This document shows positions 12,459 through 23,187 of a DNA stretch of 64,000 bases, one piece after another (the first letter of the stretch is position 1; each line of letters opens with the position of its first letter). The stretch is taken from positions 124,001 through 188,000 of the forward strand of contig JBDOQK010000039.1 of the NCBI GenBank assembly GCA_040437565.1, read 5' to 3'. Made by a program: the position numbers and the translations under genes. The DNA comes from Albugo candida. Taxonomy: Eukaryota. The notes beneath the pieces are model-generated. The model was not told the DNA's origin, made no database searches, and worked only from the letters and a program-made list of their open reading frames with translations.

Positions 12459-13043
12459 ATTCGGAAGAAAGTATAGTACTGTGAGTCTATCTATCGCTAA
12501 AGTTTGAATAGTTCCTTCCTACGTACTATTTTGCTGCTACCTGAATGATAATCTTTTCATTTGAATCGATCTTGTGCAAGCTGAGCAAGATGCTTCAGAT
12601 ATTCGAGGTCTTTACTTGAAGTTTGGCCGATTGCACGTCTCTGGCTTAAAACGTCAGGAGGAAGGTTTGTGATCTGTCAAGGATGGGGGAGGTTGNNNNN
12701 NNNNNNNNNNNNNNNNNNNNNNNNNNNNNNNNNNNNNNNNNNNNNNNNNNNNNNNNNNNNNNNNNNNNNNNNNNNNNNNNNNNNNNNNNNNNNNNATTCG
12801 GAAGAAAGTATAGTACTGTGAGTCTATCTATCGCTAAAGTTTGATTAGTTCCTTCCCTACGTACTATTTTCCTGCTACCTGAATGATAAGCTTTTCAACG
12901 CTTTTTATTTGAATCAATCTTGTGCAAGTTGAGCAAGATGCTTCATATATTCGAGGTCTTTACTTGAAGTCTGGCCAATTGCACGTCTCTGGCTTAAAAC
13001 GTCAGGAGGAAGGTTTGTGATCTGTCAAGGATGGGGGAGGTTG
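12459..13043. repeat. Diverged direct duplicate pair across a gap (12459-12695 vs 12796-13043)
   Basis: Same sequence on both sides of the N-run but with several substitutions and a net 11-nt length difference. Confidence 0.9.
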
Positions 13044-14100
13044 GCTGGAAGAAGTAATGGAAGATCGTCGTTTGAGCTGATCAGGGAGCCCTTTAGGTCG
13101 ACGCAGGACATGTCGGAGAGGACGTCATCGGTCTCTCTATGTGCCGCCGGAGGGGCTCATACAAGCCGGTATCACTGATATATTCTAGAAAATGGGTTCG
13201 GACACATCGAGTTGGCAGTAATTCTATTCTGTTAGGGCCCATGCACCGCAGTTAAAAAGCGGTATCGTTTATATGTAGATGATGTAAAGACGTACGTATA
13301 ATTGCGCAGTCAGAAGTCGTGGTCGAATATAAGGTTTGCAAAATCGGTAGAACGCCCAATTCGCCTGTGATTCCTGGACCACCACTCATCATAACAAGTA
13401 GCGAGCCAATTTGTGAATAGCGCCATTGGGATATCGCGCTCCTAAACACAAATGTGCTTTCTGTTTCATTCACGTCCATGTGACCAGAACGACGGGCAAG
13501 CATTCTCCGCGCGTTTTTGAGGATCGTATTTAGTGCGGATCGACAGATTTGACATCACACGCATATTCAATAACATTGAGCTGTTCAATCATCATTTCCG
13601 GAGCAGTATATAGGTCGCAAAGGATGGCTTCAAGTTGAGTAATAAATAGCAATGGAGAGAATGAGTCTCTTTGACTCTGAAAGGTCATCGCAGCATCAGA
13701 GCAGTGACGTCTCCTTCCATATGTCATTAGCTGCAAATTCATGGATGCGTGATTTATGACGGTCGATCATCTTCAACTCTTTGTGACTAACGACGGTCCT
13801 CAAAATTCTGGATTGCAAGGAAGATTGTGTTGACCCCTACTTCTACGGCTTCAGCTGGATGCAGTTCTAGCAACTTGGGCTTTCTATAAAGCTAGTAACA
13901 TTTCATAGATACAAAAATTATCTTGATCCTACTGAAGTCCGAAAACGAATGCTTTGATAGCTTAATGAGACGAGAAAAAGAAGAATCATAATAAGGGTTG
14001 CTGTCGATCAACGCTAGAATAGCCGAGGGCATTATGAGGGACCGTATTACTACCTCCAGATACGGAGAACGATAATTTGGAGAGGAATGGAATGATAGGG
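13000..14100 (-). mobile_element. Decayed non-LTR retrotransposon (LINE, RTE-like) reverse transcriptase relic
   Basis: Broken frames give motifs in the expected order: QRDSFSPLLFITQLEAIL (QGDxLSPLLF), EYACDV (YADD), SGHMDVNETES (GLxVNxxKT), WRYSQIGSLL (WxxxKxLGSLL), RLYIIYI*TIPLFNCGAWALTE (RLYxxxVxPxLLYxCxTWxLT), RHVLRRP (GHVLR). Multiple stops and frameshifts; ends are approximate. Confidence 0.75.
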
Positions 14101-14814
14101 AAGAACGTGATACTGTGAATGGTGATGATGAGGGAGAACGAATGTGTTTCTTCAACATTTTTTAGCATTTGCTATATCGAATTCATAAAAATGATTAACA
14201 ATGCTTGATACGACGCCTCTGGTTGCATAAGTGCGCAACCCAAATGGTGTTGCTCCAGCAGATGACGATGAAGTAGGACCTGCGGTAGTAGACGTGTCGT
14301 TTTTTTTAATTCAAATTTAGTATCTTCCTGATGTGCTCTGATGGAGCCATCATTTAGTCGAGATGCGGAGTACTGCTTAAGNNNNNNNNNNNNNNNNNNN
14401 NNNNNNNNNNNNNNNNNNNNNNNNNNNNNNNNNNNNNNNNNNNNNNNNNNNNNNNNNNNNNNNNNNNNNNNNNNNNNNNNNGTTGCTCCAGCAGATGACG
14501 ATGAAGTAGGACCTGCGGTAGTAGACGTGTCGTTTTTTTTAATTCAAATTTAGTATCTTCCTGATGTGCTCTGATGGAGCCATCATTTAGTCGAGATGCG
14601 GAGTACTGCTTAAGCTGTCTTCTTCTTTGTTTGACAAGCCGGATGTACTGGTGAGAGGCAAACTTTCATATCTTAAGGAATATATTAGCGTCTTGAAATC
14701 TAGCACAAAAGGAACTTATCTCAGACTCGATATCTTTTGAAATAATGCCTCCTGTACCGTTACTTGAATTTCGATTTTTTATTCGTGCTTCATAGAGCCA
14801 TGTACCGCCTCATT

Positions 14815-16196
14815 CTCTATTGTGCAGCTTTCAAGCAAGCCAAGTCAGGTGCAGCACGCACCCTGGCATAAAACAAAAAATATCTACCTTCCGTATTGAC
14901 GAGGCCAGCGATAAAAAAAATTGTCCGGTCAGATTTCTCCAGTAATGGAGAGTCCGCGCGATGTATCCAGAATATGGGTAATGGTATTTTGGATGGTGAA
15001 AGATACCTTAGCAATAGCATAAACAGGGTCCAAAAAGGTAATAGGTTGCAAGCTAGTGCTGGTTGGCTCAACATAATCCCCGTGCCATCGCATCGGTTCC
15101 CAAACTCAGGAATTCTCCTTATCATTTTCAGAAATTGTTGGAAGAGCGCTAATCTGCGAATCACGTTTGAAACGTGAAAAGTCTAATGCACTTCCAAATC
15201 TCACTTGAACAAGCTGCTGATAAGATTGGACGATTNNNNNNNNNNNNNNNNNNNNNNNNNNNNNNNNNNNNNNNNNNNNNNNNNNNNNNNNNNNNNNNNN
15301 NNNNNNNNNNNNNNNNNNNNNNNNNNNNNNNNNNNCTCTATTGTGCAGCTTTCAAGCAAGCCAAGTCAGGTGCAGCACGCACCCTGGCATAAAACAAAAA
15401 AATATCTACCTTCCGTATTGACGAGGCCAGCGATAAAAAAATTGTCCGGTCAGATTTCTCCAGTACTGGAGAGTCCGCGCGATGTATCCAGAATATGGGT
15501 AATGGTATTTTGGATGGTGAAAGATACCTTAGCAATAGCATAAAAAAAAAAACAGGGTCCAAAAAGGTAATAGGTTGCAAGCTAGTGCTGGTTGGCTCAA
15601 CGCAATCCCCGTGTCATCGCATCGGTTCCCAAACTCAGGAAATCTCCTTATCATTTTCAGAAATTGTTGGAAGAGCGCTAATCTGCGAATCACGTTTGAA
15701 ACGTGAAAAGTCTAATGCACTTCCAAATCTCACTTGAACAAGCTGCTGATAAGATTGGACGATTAGTCGATAGAAAATGAGAGTATCTGTAAAGATTGTC
15801 GAAAGTATGCGATTGTGCCATTCTTATCATTCACGATGCCCGAAAAAATATCATACATACGCTTACTTAGCGAGAAGCACGGCATTACAGCCGCAATNNN
15901 NNNNNNNNNNNNNNNNNNNNNNNNNNNNNNNNNNNNNNNNNNNNNNNNNNNNNNNNNNNNNNNNNNNNNNNNNNNNNNNNNNNNNNNNNNNNNNNNNAAA
16001 CGTGAAAAGTCTAATGCACTTCCAAATCTCACTTGAACAAGCTGCTGATAAGATTGGACGATTAGTCGATAGAAAATGAGAGTATCTGTAAAGATTGTCG
16101 AAAGTATGCGATTGTGCCATTCTTATCATTCACGATGCCCGAAAAAATATCATACATACGCTTACTTAGCGAGAAGCACGGCATTACAGCCGCAAT
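14815..16196. repeat. Overlapping duplicated blocks around gaps (14815-15235 vs 15336-15764 diverged; ~15698-15897 vs 15998-16196 apparently identical)
   Basis: Direct visual alignment. The first pair differs by substitutions and poly-A length. Confidence 0.9.
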
Positions 16197-16929
16197 GACA
16201 TTTCTGCCAGAGCATCTCAGCCGCGTAGTTATTTAAGCTGCTGAGTCAGGACAATCCTAGGGCCTTTTAAGTACTGATAAATACTGATTGAGCTAAGAAA
16301 TCGGTGTCTCAGTATAAAGTAGCTGTCGTCCACGGACGGCCGAGCAAGACTGCAGAAATCGTTTCTCATCGGATAAACCCACCGACGATAGCGAGTGCTT
16401 TCTTGGTCTGATTATATATCGGCTCTTCTCTCAATCACGGAACGAATAAGGATTCTACAGCAAGATCCTTACAACACGCTCTGCTTGCTTAAAAAATTGG
16501 AGTTGACTAAGGGCAATACANNNNNNNNNNNNNNNNNNNNNNNNNNNNNNNNNNNNNNNNNNNNNNNNNNNNNNNNNNNNNNNNNNNNNNNNNNNNNNNN
16601 NNNNNNNNNNNNNNNNNNNNTTGACTAAGGGCAATACACACTGTCATTGGGCAAAAATGAGGCAATTAGTCAGCTTCGCAGCTTGACTGACAATCAGCAA
16701 AAAAAGTCATGTCTTCGAGAGTTCGTGCTTTGGCTTGACAAGAATTAAGCGAATGATCAGAACTTTTTTGCCAAGATTTTTATAATTTTTATTGTACTTT
16801 ATCTTTACATTCACTCTTTGCGACGAGAAACGTGAACGCGGTAGAAATGGAAATGCTGGCTCAAAATTACATATTGAAAAAATGTTTACTTCACGCTATA
16901 GCATCACAACAGCTGAGTATCGCTAGACT

Positions 16930-18807
16930 TCATCGCTTTTTCAACGCAGTACACTTCTTCACGTAACCAAATAGTGTCGCTTCAATGTCTGCAAATGGCA
17001 AATCTTCAAGTGCTGTCATACTATAATCACGCTCGTAGTCGCTATATTTCCCGAAACATTGGCTTATGCCCCATTTAGAAAAATCTTTGGCACTATCATT
17101 GGTATCCACATGGAACCGGGAGAGATCAGCGGTATTGTACTCTTGTATATGAGTCCACACAGAATGCATATTGTCGGCAACTAGTTTTTGCTTATTTCGA
17201 TGTAAGAAAATGATATTCCCGTCGGGATCGTGCTGAACAATAGACTGACCGCAAAAAAGTTTCTTTTCACGCAGTAGGATACCGGCTGATCCAGGTGGTC
17301 CAGCGATAAAATGGAAACTAGAATTGGTTGTCATCCACGCAAATCGAAACANNNNNNNNNNNNNNNNNNNNNNNNNNNNNNNNNNNNNNNNNNNNNNNNN
17401 NNNNNNNNNNNNNNNNNNNNNNNNNNNNNNNNNNNNNNNNNNNNNNNNNNNATTTCGATGTAAGAAAATGATATTCCCGTCGGGATCGTGCTGAACAATA
17501 GACTGACCGCAAAAAAGTTTCTTTTCACGCAGTAGGATACCGGCTGATCCAGGTGGTCCAGCGATAAAATGGAAACTAGAATTGGTTGTCATCCACGCAA
17601 ATCGAAACAAGTCTTTATCTCCCCAGGCGAAGCCCAGATCCACCAATAATCGAGGCCGTCGAAGGCCAAAGTAGGATAACGTGGACACAGCTTTCGCATG
17701 GCGCTCCCGGTCAATTAAGACTTGACCACTCTCTTGCTCAAACATGTATACGTTTTTCACATTGAGCATTTCCCAAACCAAGCTGTGATCGTTCATAAAG
17801 AATAATGTACGATCCGGCAGCCAGTAATCCGGCCAAAATATTGCTCCTGTTGTCGCAAACGCATCACTCTCGAATAGACTAGTAGGATCGCTGACAGCAA
17901 AATTGTCTGCGTCCAATAGAAGAAGTTGTTTGAATGCAGAATACGCAACCGCATAAATTTTGCCGAAGCAGGATTCGGCCAGAGCCTTTGGATCGATTTG
18001 TCGAAGGAACACATCGTGTGTTTTTATCAAGTCAGCTATCACTGAATGAGTAACAATCCTACTAGCTTCCATTGAAGTAATGGATGGAAACTCGGTGGCA
18101 CGATACCATATTTCAATCGGTAGCGTACAACCAATATGACGTAGCCACTTAATAGAAGCATAAACACTCTGAATGCTGCGCGGCGATATGACAATTGCAA
18201 TTCCTCGATCAAACGTTGATGAAGGAAGTATAAGACCGAGATTCTCACCCTGTAGTAGCTTTTGACCTGTGGCAGCGGTTGCTGGAGGGTTCGGTTTGAA
18301 CGCTTTTGCTTGAAGTGCGTGGCCAAGCACATTTCGAAATTCGTGGCATGCGATTTCGACATTCCATCTTGTTGCGCCACACCTCCGGTTCAGCACAAAC
18401 CTTCTTTCACCAGTGGTACGATGCTGAAGTTCGCAAAAGCCCGACACGGTCCCTGGGATTGGAACTGAGCAATTCATAGTTTGTATGGACGCTCCAGTAG
18501 GACTGCAATTTGCTGTATAATGGAATTGAACGCATTCGTACTGTTCTAATTCATGAAAATCAGTAAATGGGCGCCAATCTACAGCAAGGCTCTTTCGCTT
18601 CGCTCTCGAAGCGAGTTTGTTCAAGTCGATCTCGTCCTGCGTTTTGAGTAGATCCTGAAACATATTGCGATGGGAAACGTAAAAGATACTTATTAAGCTA
18701 ATGCATATGCCCAATGATAGAGATACTAGCACACAGGAGGACACACTAAGTTGCAATGGCGAGCATTTTGAAGGGATCTTTGTCGCCCTACGGTGGAGCC
18801 GATTCAT
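16930..18807 (-). CDS. GT71 alpha-mannosyltransferase-like (MNN2/MNN5 family) paralog B
   Basis: Type II TM anchor; RGIAI, LRHIGCTLPIEIWY, KIYAVAYSAFKQLLLLDADN (DxD), GAIFWPDYW, EQESGQVLIDR, WGDKDLFRFAW. Contains an artifactual ~158-nt repeat around the gap. Confidence 0.92.
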   Translation of the reverse strand: MNRLHRRATKIPSKCSPLQLSVSSCVLVSLSLGICISLISIFYVSHRNMFQDLLKTQDEIDLNKLASRAKRKSLAVDWRPFTDFHELEQYECVQFHYTANCSPTGASIQTMNCSVPIPGTVSGFCELQHRTTGERRFVLNRRCGATRWNVEIACHEFRNVLGHALQAKAFKPNPPATAATGQKLLQGENLGLILPSSTFDRGIAIVISPRSIQSVYASIKWLRHIGCTLPIEIWYRATEFPSITSMEASRIVTHSVIADLIKTHDVFLRQIDPKALAESCFGKIYAVAYSAFKQLLLLDADNFAVSDPTSLFESDAFATTGAIFWPDYWLPDRTLFFMNDHSLVWEMLNVKNVYMFEQESGQVLIDRERHAKAVSTLSYFGLRRPRLLVDLGFAWGDKDLFRFAWMTTNSSFHFIAGPPGSAGILLREKKLFCGQSIVQHDPDGNIIFLHRNXXXXXXXXXXXXXXXXXXXXXXXXXXXXXXXXXXFRFAWMTTNSSFHFIAGPPGSAGILLREKKLFCGQSIVQHDPDGNIIFLHRNKQKLVADNMHSVWTHIQEYNTADLSRFHVDTNDSAKDFSKWGISQCFGKYSDYERDYSMTALEDLPFADIEATLFGYVKKCTALKKR

Positions 18808-20709
18808 TTATTCGGCTTCGAATGAGACCTTTTAGCACCAATCACAGAGACCTTTCATTGCGTATCTCAACGCGGAATGTTAGTGGGGGAAATGGCATAT
18901 GGCATTGGTCAGCATACAGCGAGTGTGTGCTTTCGGTCCTTGCGGCCAATGATGACAGAAATCCTCTACGGCAAGTATTTGTGTGCATCTGCATCGATTA
19001 TATCCATTATCAAATGAGTGTTCATGAATTTTGCAAGTCTCACGCAGTAATTTGCTTGGTGTCTAAATGTATCTAGGGCATGATTTCAGGTAGCTCCACG
19101 ACAGCAAGTACAAAAATAAGTCTGCAGCGCTCTTGAGGGCCTACCCAATTAAATATTTTGAAGATCATGTCTGTCAAAAAGCCGATTTATCAAACCATTG
19201 TTTACAATTACACCAAAGTTAATGATACTTGTAGTATTTCGCTCAGTGATTCTATTTTGAAGATTGAGGAGACCTCTTCATTAAATATGTGAGGTTGAGC
19301 TCCTCTGCGTGTCATAGTTGCAAGGACACATTAACATAGCGAAGTGATGAGCTGAGCTCACAGCAAACCGATTGGCGAAAAGTCTATCGGAAAAGTAGTG
19401 TGGAAAAACGGTGCTTTGAGTGACTCGATCCTTACATTGGATAGATGACACCTAAGAATTACATTCACAACGCGACTAGACATTGATAGAATCTATTACG
19501 GGTTAGGCCCTGGAAAATAGAATCGAAATTCAATTGAATTGCAACGATTGTGAATGCATTCTTTTTCGGACGACAAACAGGCTCATTTTTATTGAATTCA
19601 GACCGTAAACTGCGATTTGAATGGATCGATAGATAATATATCGCATCGCTATGACGTAATATTTGAGAAAGAAGTTCTCTGGACGCATCACTTATCACCC
19701 TACAAAGACGAGACTCAACTCGCGAGATCTTATACCACCGCGCGCTGGTACGCTCATTTGTGCGAAAGCTTATCTGAATTCACCTATGACTATTACTCAT
19801 TCAATTGGATCATTGTCACAAAGCGTTGCAAAGCGACACATTTGTATTTCACCCTTCAATATTTTACGTCAAGAACGAAGCACAGTCTGGACGTGGCATG
19901 TTACATCAATACTGAGTCGAACACATTTATTTTGGTTGCAAGCTTTATTTCCTATGCGCCCAATCACATGAAAGTGAATTTGTCGGCTATCGTGATGGAA
20001 CGGGATCGTATAAATAAATAACGATTTTCAAGTGTCCTTCTCTTGAGGTCTTAAAACACCTGGTATCGCAATTCATCATAGATTGAGAACTGATGGTCAA
20101 AAATTATCATGTTGCGAATGTCAGCATGGTGCCTCACGTCAATATCGTCATAGGCTGTATTCATAATCTGTACTCGAAAGAATCGAAAAAAGCACTGGAA
20201 GCCACTCTAAAAAGAGACTTCCGGTCGAAGCCTTATAGAAAGCTCAAGCTTCACCGAAGATGGGTAGCGAAATGTTGGTGCTCACTCAACTCGCGGGGAT
20301 TATAATCGTTTGTCAAAAGTTCGAAGAAACAGAACACTGGTTGTGTACATTAACAACATTCTCTATGTTTCGAGAATGAGCTTAAATGTATCAGGGGCCG
20401 AGCAAGGTTGGGATTTTTGCTAGTGTGATTGTGCGTCACAATTAATATCATGTGAAACATAATGAAGCGAATGCGGCGCAATGAGCGGCGGCATTTTTTC
20501 CATATAACAATGATGGTACGTCGCAAGGTCGCAAACGTGATGGGCAGAACATTCGGCACATCTCTCGCGGTGGTGCACTAAGCGCTCTCGGCCACTTTTT
20601 CAAAATCCTCAGAATCATTTTTTTGTTCCAATTTATAGGTCCTAAACAAGCTGCTGACTACTATCTGCATGAACAACCAGGTAGAATTGACTCCGTATAA
20701 TGTAGTAGT

Positions 20710-21457
20710 CAGCAGCTGGTTTAAGACCGAGAAAATCCACAAATGGTATAATATGCTATATTGTGCAGTCATCATCTGCAGATTGCGAAATCGCTGCAAA
20801 TGGTTTTATTTGTAAGAAGGCTGACGAAGGAGATTCTGGCGTATCAATGGTATCGTTTAAAAATAATGATGATGAATTGATGAAATGCCTTACCTGAAGC
20901 GATGAGGACAAAAAGAAAACTTCAATTCATAAAGATTTCGTTGACCTCGGACTCGGTGGCATCGGCAAGTCGTGTAATAACTTTGCCTACGTAATCAAAA
21001 ATAACGAAATCTTGGTCTCACGGGGTTTAAAGCTACCCAAAGATCCTTCCCGTCCACTAATAAGCGCAGAGAAAATCGGAAGGTTGTACCTACATCCAAA
21101 AAATAAGGAGAATGGGCCTTGGAGGTCTAGGAGGTTAGACAAGGGAATATGCTTCTTGATAGTTGCTATTCAAAAAGTCAGGGAATTTGGCCCCAGACTG
21201 CTGCACATGTCAAGTTTACCATGGATGCGAAAGGGAAGGCACCGTGCGCGTACAAAAAACACATGCTTCCAGACAACCAAAATTATTCACCCTTTGAGAT
21301 AAGCCTGGATGGTAGGGTTGGTGTGTTGATAGTGAAGCCCTTAGACCTTGGCAATGTCGACTCTGTGCTCGACTGGTCGATTGGGCATGAGCAATTGATG
21401 CGTCTTGAAGCCCAATTTATCAAAATAGGCTCATCCGTCGCGATTGGACTGAAATAG
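20710..21457 (+). pseudogene. Possible decayed protein-coding relic of unknown family
   Basis: A ~197-codon frame (20710-21302) is interrupted by a single TGA at 20895-20897 and overlaps a second frame running to 21457. It reads like protein, but no family is recognised. Confidence 0.3.
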
Positions 21458-22085
21458 ACCATGCATCACGAGATGGTCTAAGCCGTTACCGAATAATGTT
21501 GATCAAGCAAGTCAGTCAGACTGATAATTCATAAAAATTCCTGATCATTGACCTTTGCTGCCTTTTATTTTCTATTGTGTCTGAAAGTATTACTTTCCTT
21601 TTTCATGTACAGAGCAACACATGCGCCCTGTTCTAGCTTCTTAAACCAAAATGCTGATTTTTCTTCATCAGTAATCCCCTGCTATGCGGAGGAAAAGAAG
21701 ATAAGGACACAGACTCATAGCATTCTGGATCACTCTTTCACGGTATTCACATCATATAGATTAAATTGGTTGAAACGGCTGGTGAGCATCCATCAAGCCG
21801 TTATGTAAACGGGATCACAAAAAAAGGAATCGACGCGCCTCCCCTCTCCTCTGATTTGCTGATACATTCACGTTTTGATTGACTAAAGGAGCCATTGGTG
21901 TCTTTCTTCGGGTGTCTTTTGCGTGTCTTTTGCGTGTCTGTAAACCCCAACACATTTCTTATTGATTCACTCAAAGCCCACAACTTTAATTAAGCCACAA
22001 ATAATCCACACAGATTTGTAAGAAATACAGAAAAATCTAGTTGTTAATCTATCTATATATCCATATATTAAAATCTATGGTTTCA

Positions 22086-22960
22086 CTATGTTGGACAGGT
22101 CCTATTGTTGTGCCCGATTAGATCATATCTTCTCCTCCTTCTGCGCCTGGTCCGCACAATCTGATGCAATGAGGGTTCTCTTCTGATTGATGACTGAGAC
22201 TGATTCTGGATATCAATCTTTGGGGAAGAGGCATCAGGGAGGTAACTTGAGATGCGATTGTGGATTTGAACCATACATAGACAGTGTGCCTTTAGCTTTT
22301 ATTTTTCCCCGAGGTTGGTGGGGACAAGGCAATCCAACAGTCCTTGTGAATTGACCCAGACATATAGAACTGATGTTCTTACATCCAGTGCACACCAGAT
22401 TGTGCACTTTCATTAAGGCGACTCCTAGAATCTCATTGATTACTTGAGCATTAAACCTGTCAGTTAAGTCCAGTCATTTTTGGATCTTTTTGTGTCACCG
22501 ACCTTTACCTGCAATTCCCTTCCTTGGTGGTCAACAAACTGTGTGATCCTGCCACGGACTTGTTGTGATTCCATTGTTGAAACCTTCAATCACCACGTTC
22601 TGATGCTGGAGGATTTCTTCCTTCTTTACAAGTGTTTATTATTCCCAGAGTCCGGGATGTGAAAATTGTCCTTTGAAAGGCTTCCATGTTTCTGAATATA
22701 GCTTATGATTGTTGGATGGTGTGCATATGTCTGCTCAAGTTGTCTCCAAATTGCCTCGGAATTTCAAAGCTGGTGCTTTTAATCATTCCAATCCAATCTC
22801 CCATAAACTCCGTACATTCCTCTGCAGGAAACTGCTGTTGCAATAGGAGAGCACATTTTTTGTTGATGTAGAAAATACTTCAGAATATTTGCTGCATCTG
22901 GAGATACCGTCTTGATTGCTGTCATAAGTGCAAACTCCCTATAAGTGCCCAAATGTAATC
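22086..22960 (-). mobile_element. Decayed Mutator-like (MULE) DNA transposon transposase relic
   Basis: Ordered motifs in broken frames: YREFALMTAIKTVSPDAANIL (DRELALxxAIxxVFPxA), WRQLEQTY..IISYI, CLGQFTRTVGLPCPHQ (SWIM-like CxGxFxxxxGLPCxH), and C-terminal GHNNRTCP (zinc-knuckle remnant). Confidence 0.8.
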
Positions 22961-23187
22961 AGCTTCCCTTTCCTATACAAAGCAGGATATAGACGAAAGA
23001 CTACCAGGTAAAACAAGCGATAAAAAAGATAAAAACAGCCATATGTGGTGAATATACCTTCCATATAAATGTCGGAAGAGTCAGACTCTGTGATCTCCCT
23101 ACCTGGACGGTTATGCGTCGTGCGACAAGCTGGGACGACGGATGCTCGACCTTCGACTTCGTGTACCAGTAGCATGGTACATCCGAA

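Noticed and set aside
14600..16500. Short ORFs in the repeated block as RXLR/CHXC/CCG effector genes
   Set aside because: No signal peptide plus motif combination was found, and the frames are fragmented and unassignable.
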